A stretch of 64,000 nucleotides of DNA from Octopus bimaculoides (lineage: Eukaryota): NCBI RefSeq assembly GCF_001194135.2, contig NC_068987.1:46164864-46228863 (forward strand), written 5' to 3'. Position numbers and translations under genes: made by a program. Every line of letters starts with the position of its first letter. Position 1 is the first letter of the stretch. Shown here piece by piece: positions 63,776 to 64,000 of this stretch. The notes under the pieces are model-generated. The model was not told the DNA's origin and searched no databases. It was given only the letters and a program-made list of their open reading frames with translations.

Positions 63776-64000
63776 TTAAATTAAAACCTAAATCACTTTG
63801 TTTTTCACCCTTCATATGTATGCATGTATATATATATGGCTGGTCAGATTGGAGCAATATCGAGAATAACCAGCCGAAATTGCAAGGATAATCTGGATCT
63901 CAACCGAGGAAAGAAAACTCTGAATGACCTGTCCTTGTTTTCTTTGTATCGTCTATCTGGATGTTTTGCGTTCTTGTCCCATTCTGTATTAGTTATATAT

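Overview
AT-rich, microsatellite-dense eukaryotic scaffold with about 15 N gaps, most of them opening at TA/CA/GGA repeats. The repeat families point to an octopus genome (inference; no database search possible). No intact protein-coding gene, rRNA, tRNA gene or CRISPR array is supported. Most of the window is decayed mobile DNA: one near-complete Tc1, three mariners, one maT and one pogo/Tigger relic; two divergent L1/Tx1-type LINEs; at least six R4/Dong-type fragments tied to (TAA)n; RTE and CR1/L2-group LINE ends; about 30 SINE copies from at least three families (labelled A, B, C here); and several fold-back or MITE elements. The four best leads are: (1) a hidden spliced reading frame on the minus strand at 19996-21285, with two TGA stops, one frameshift and a LINE insertion whose 9-bp TSD restores the frame when removed; (2) fold-back elements carrying minimal hammerhead-like cores, one with a U3-A8 covariation and a 12-bp TSD; (3) a cycle in which SINE tails appear to seed trinucleotide repeats that Dong elements and more SINEs then target; (4) an RTE copy with a twin-priming-like 5' inversion. 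SINE and degraded-element boundaries are approximate.
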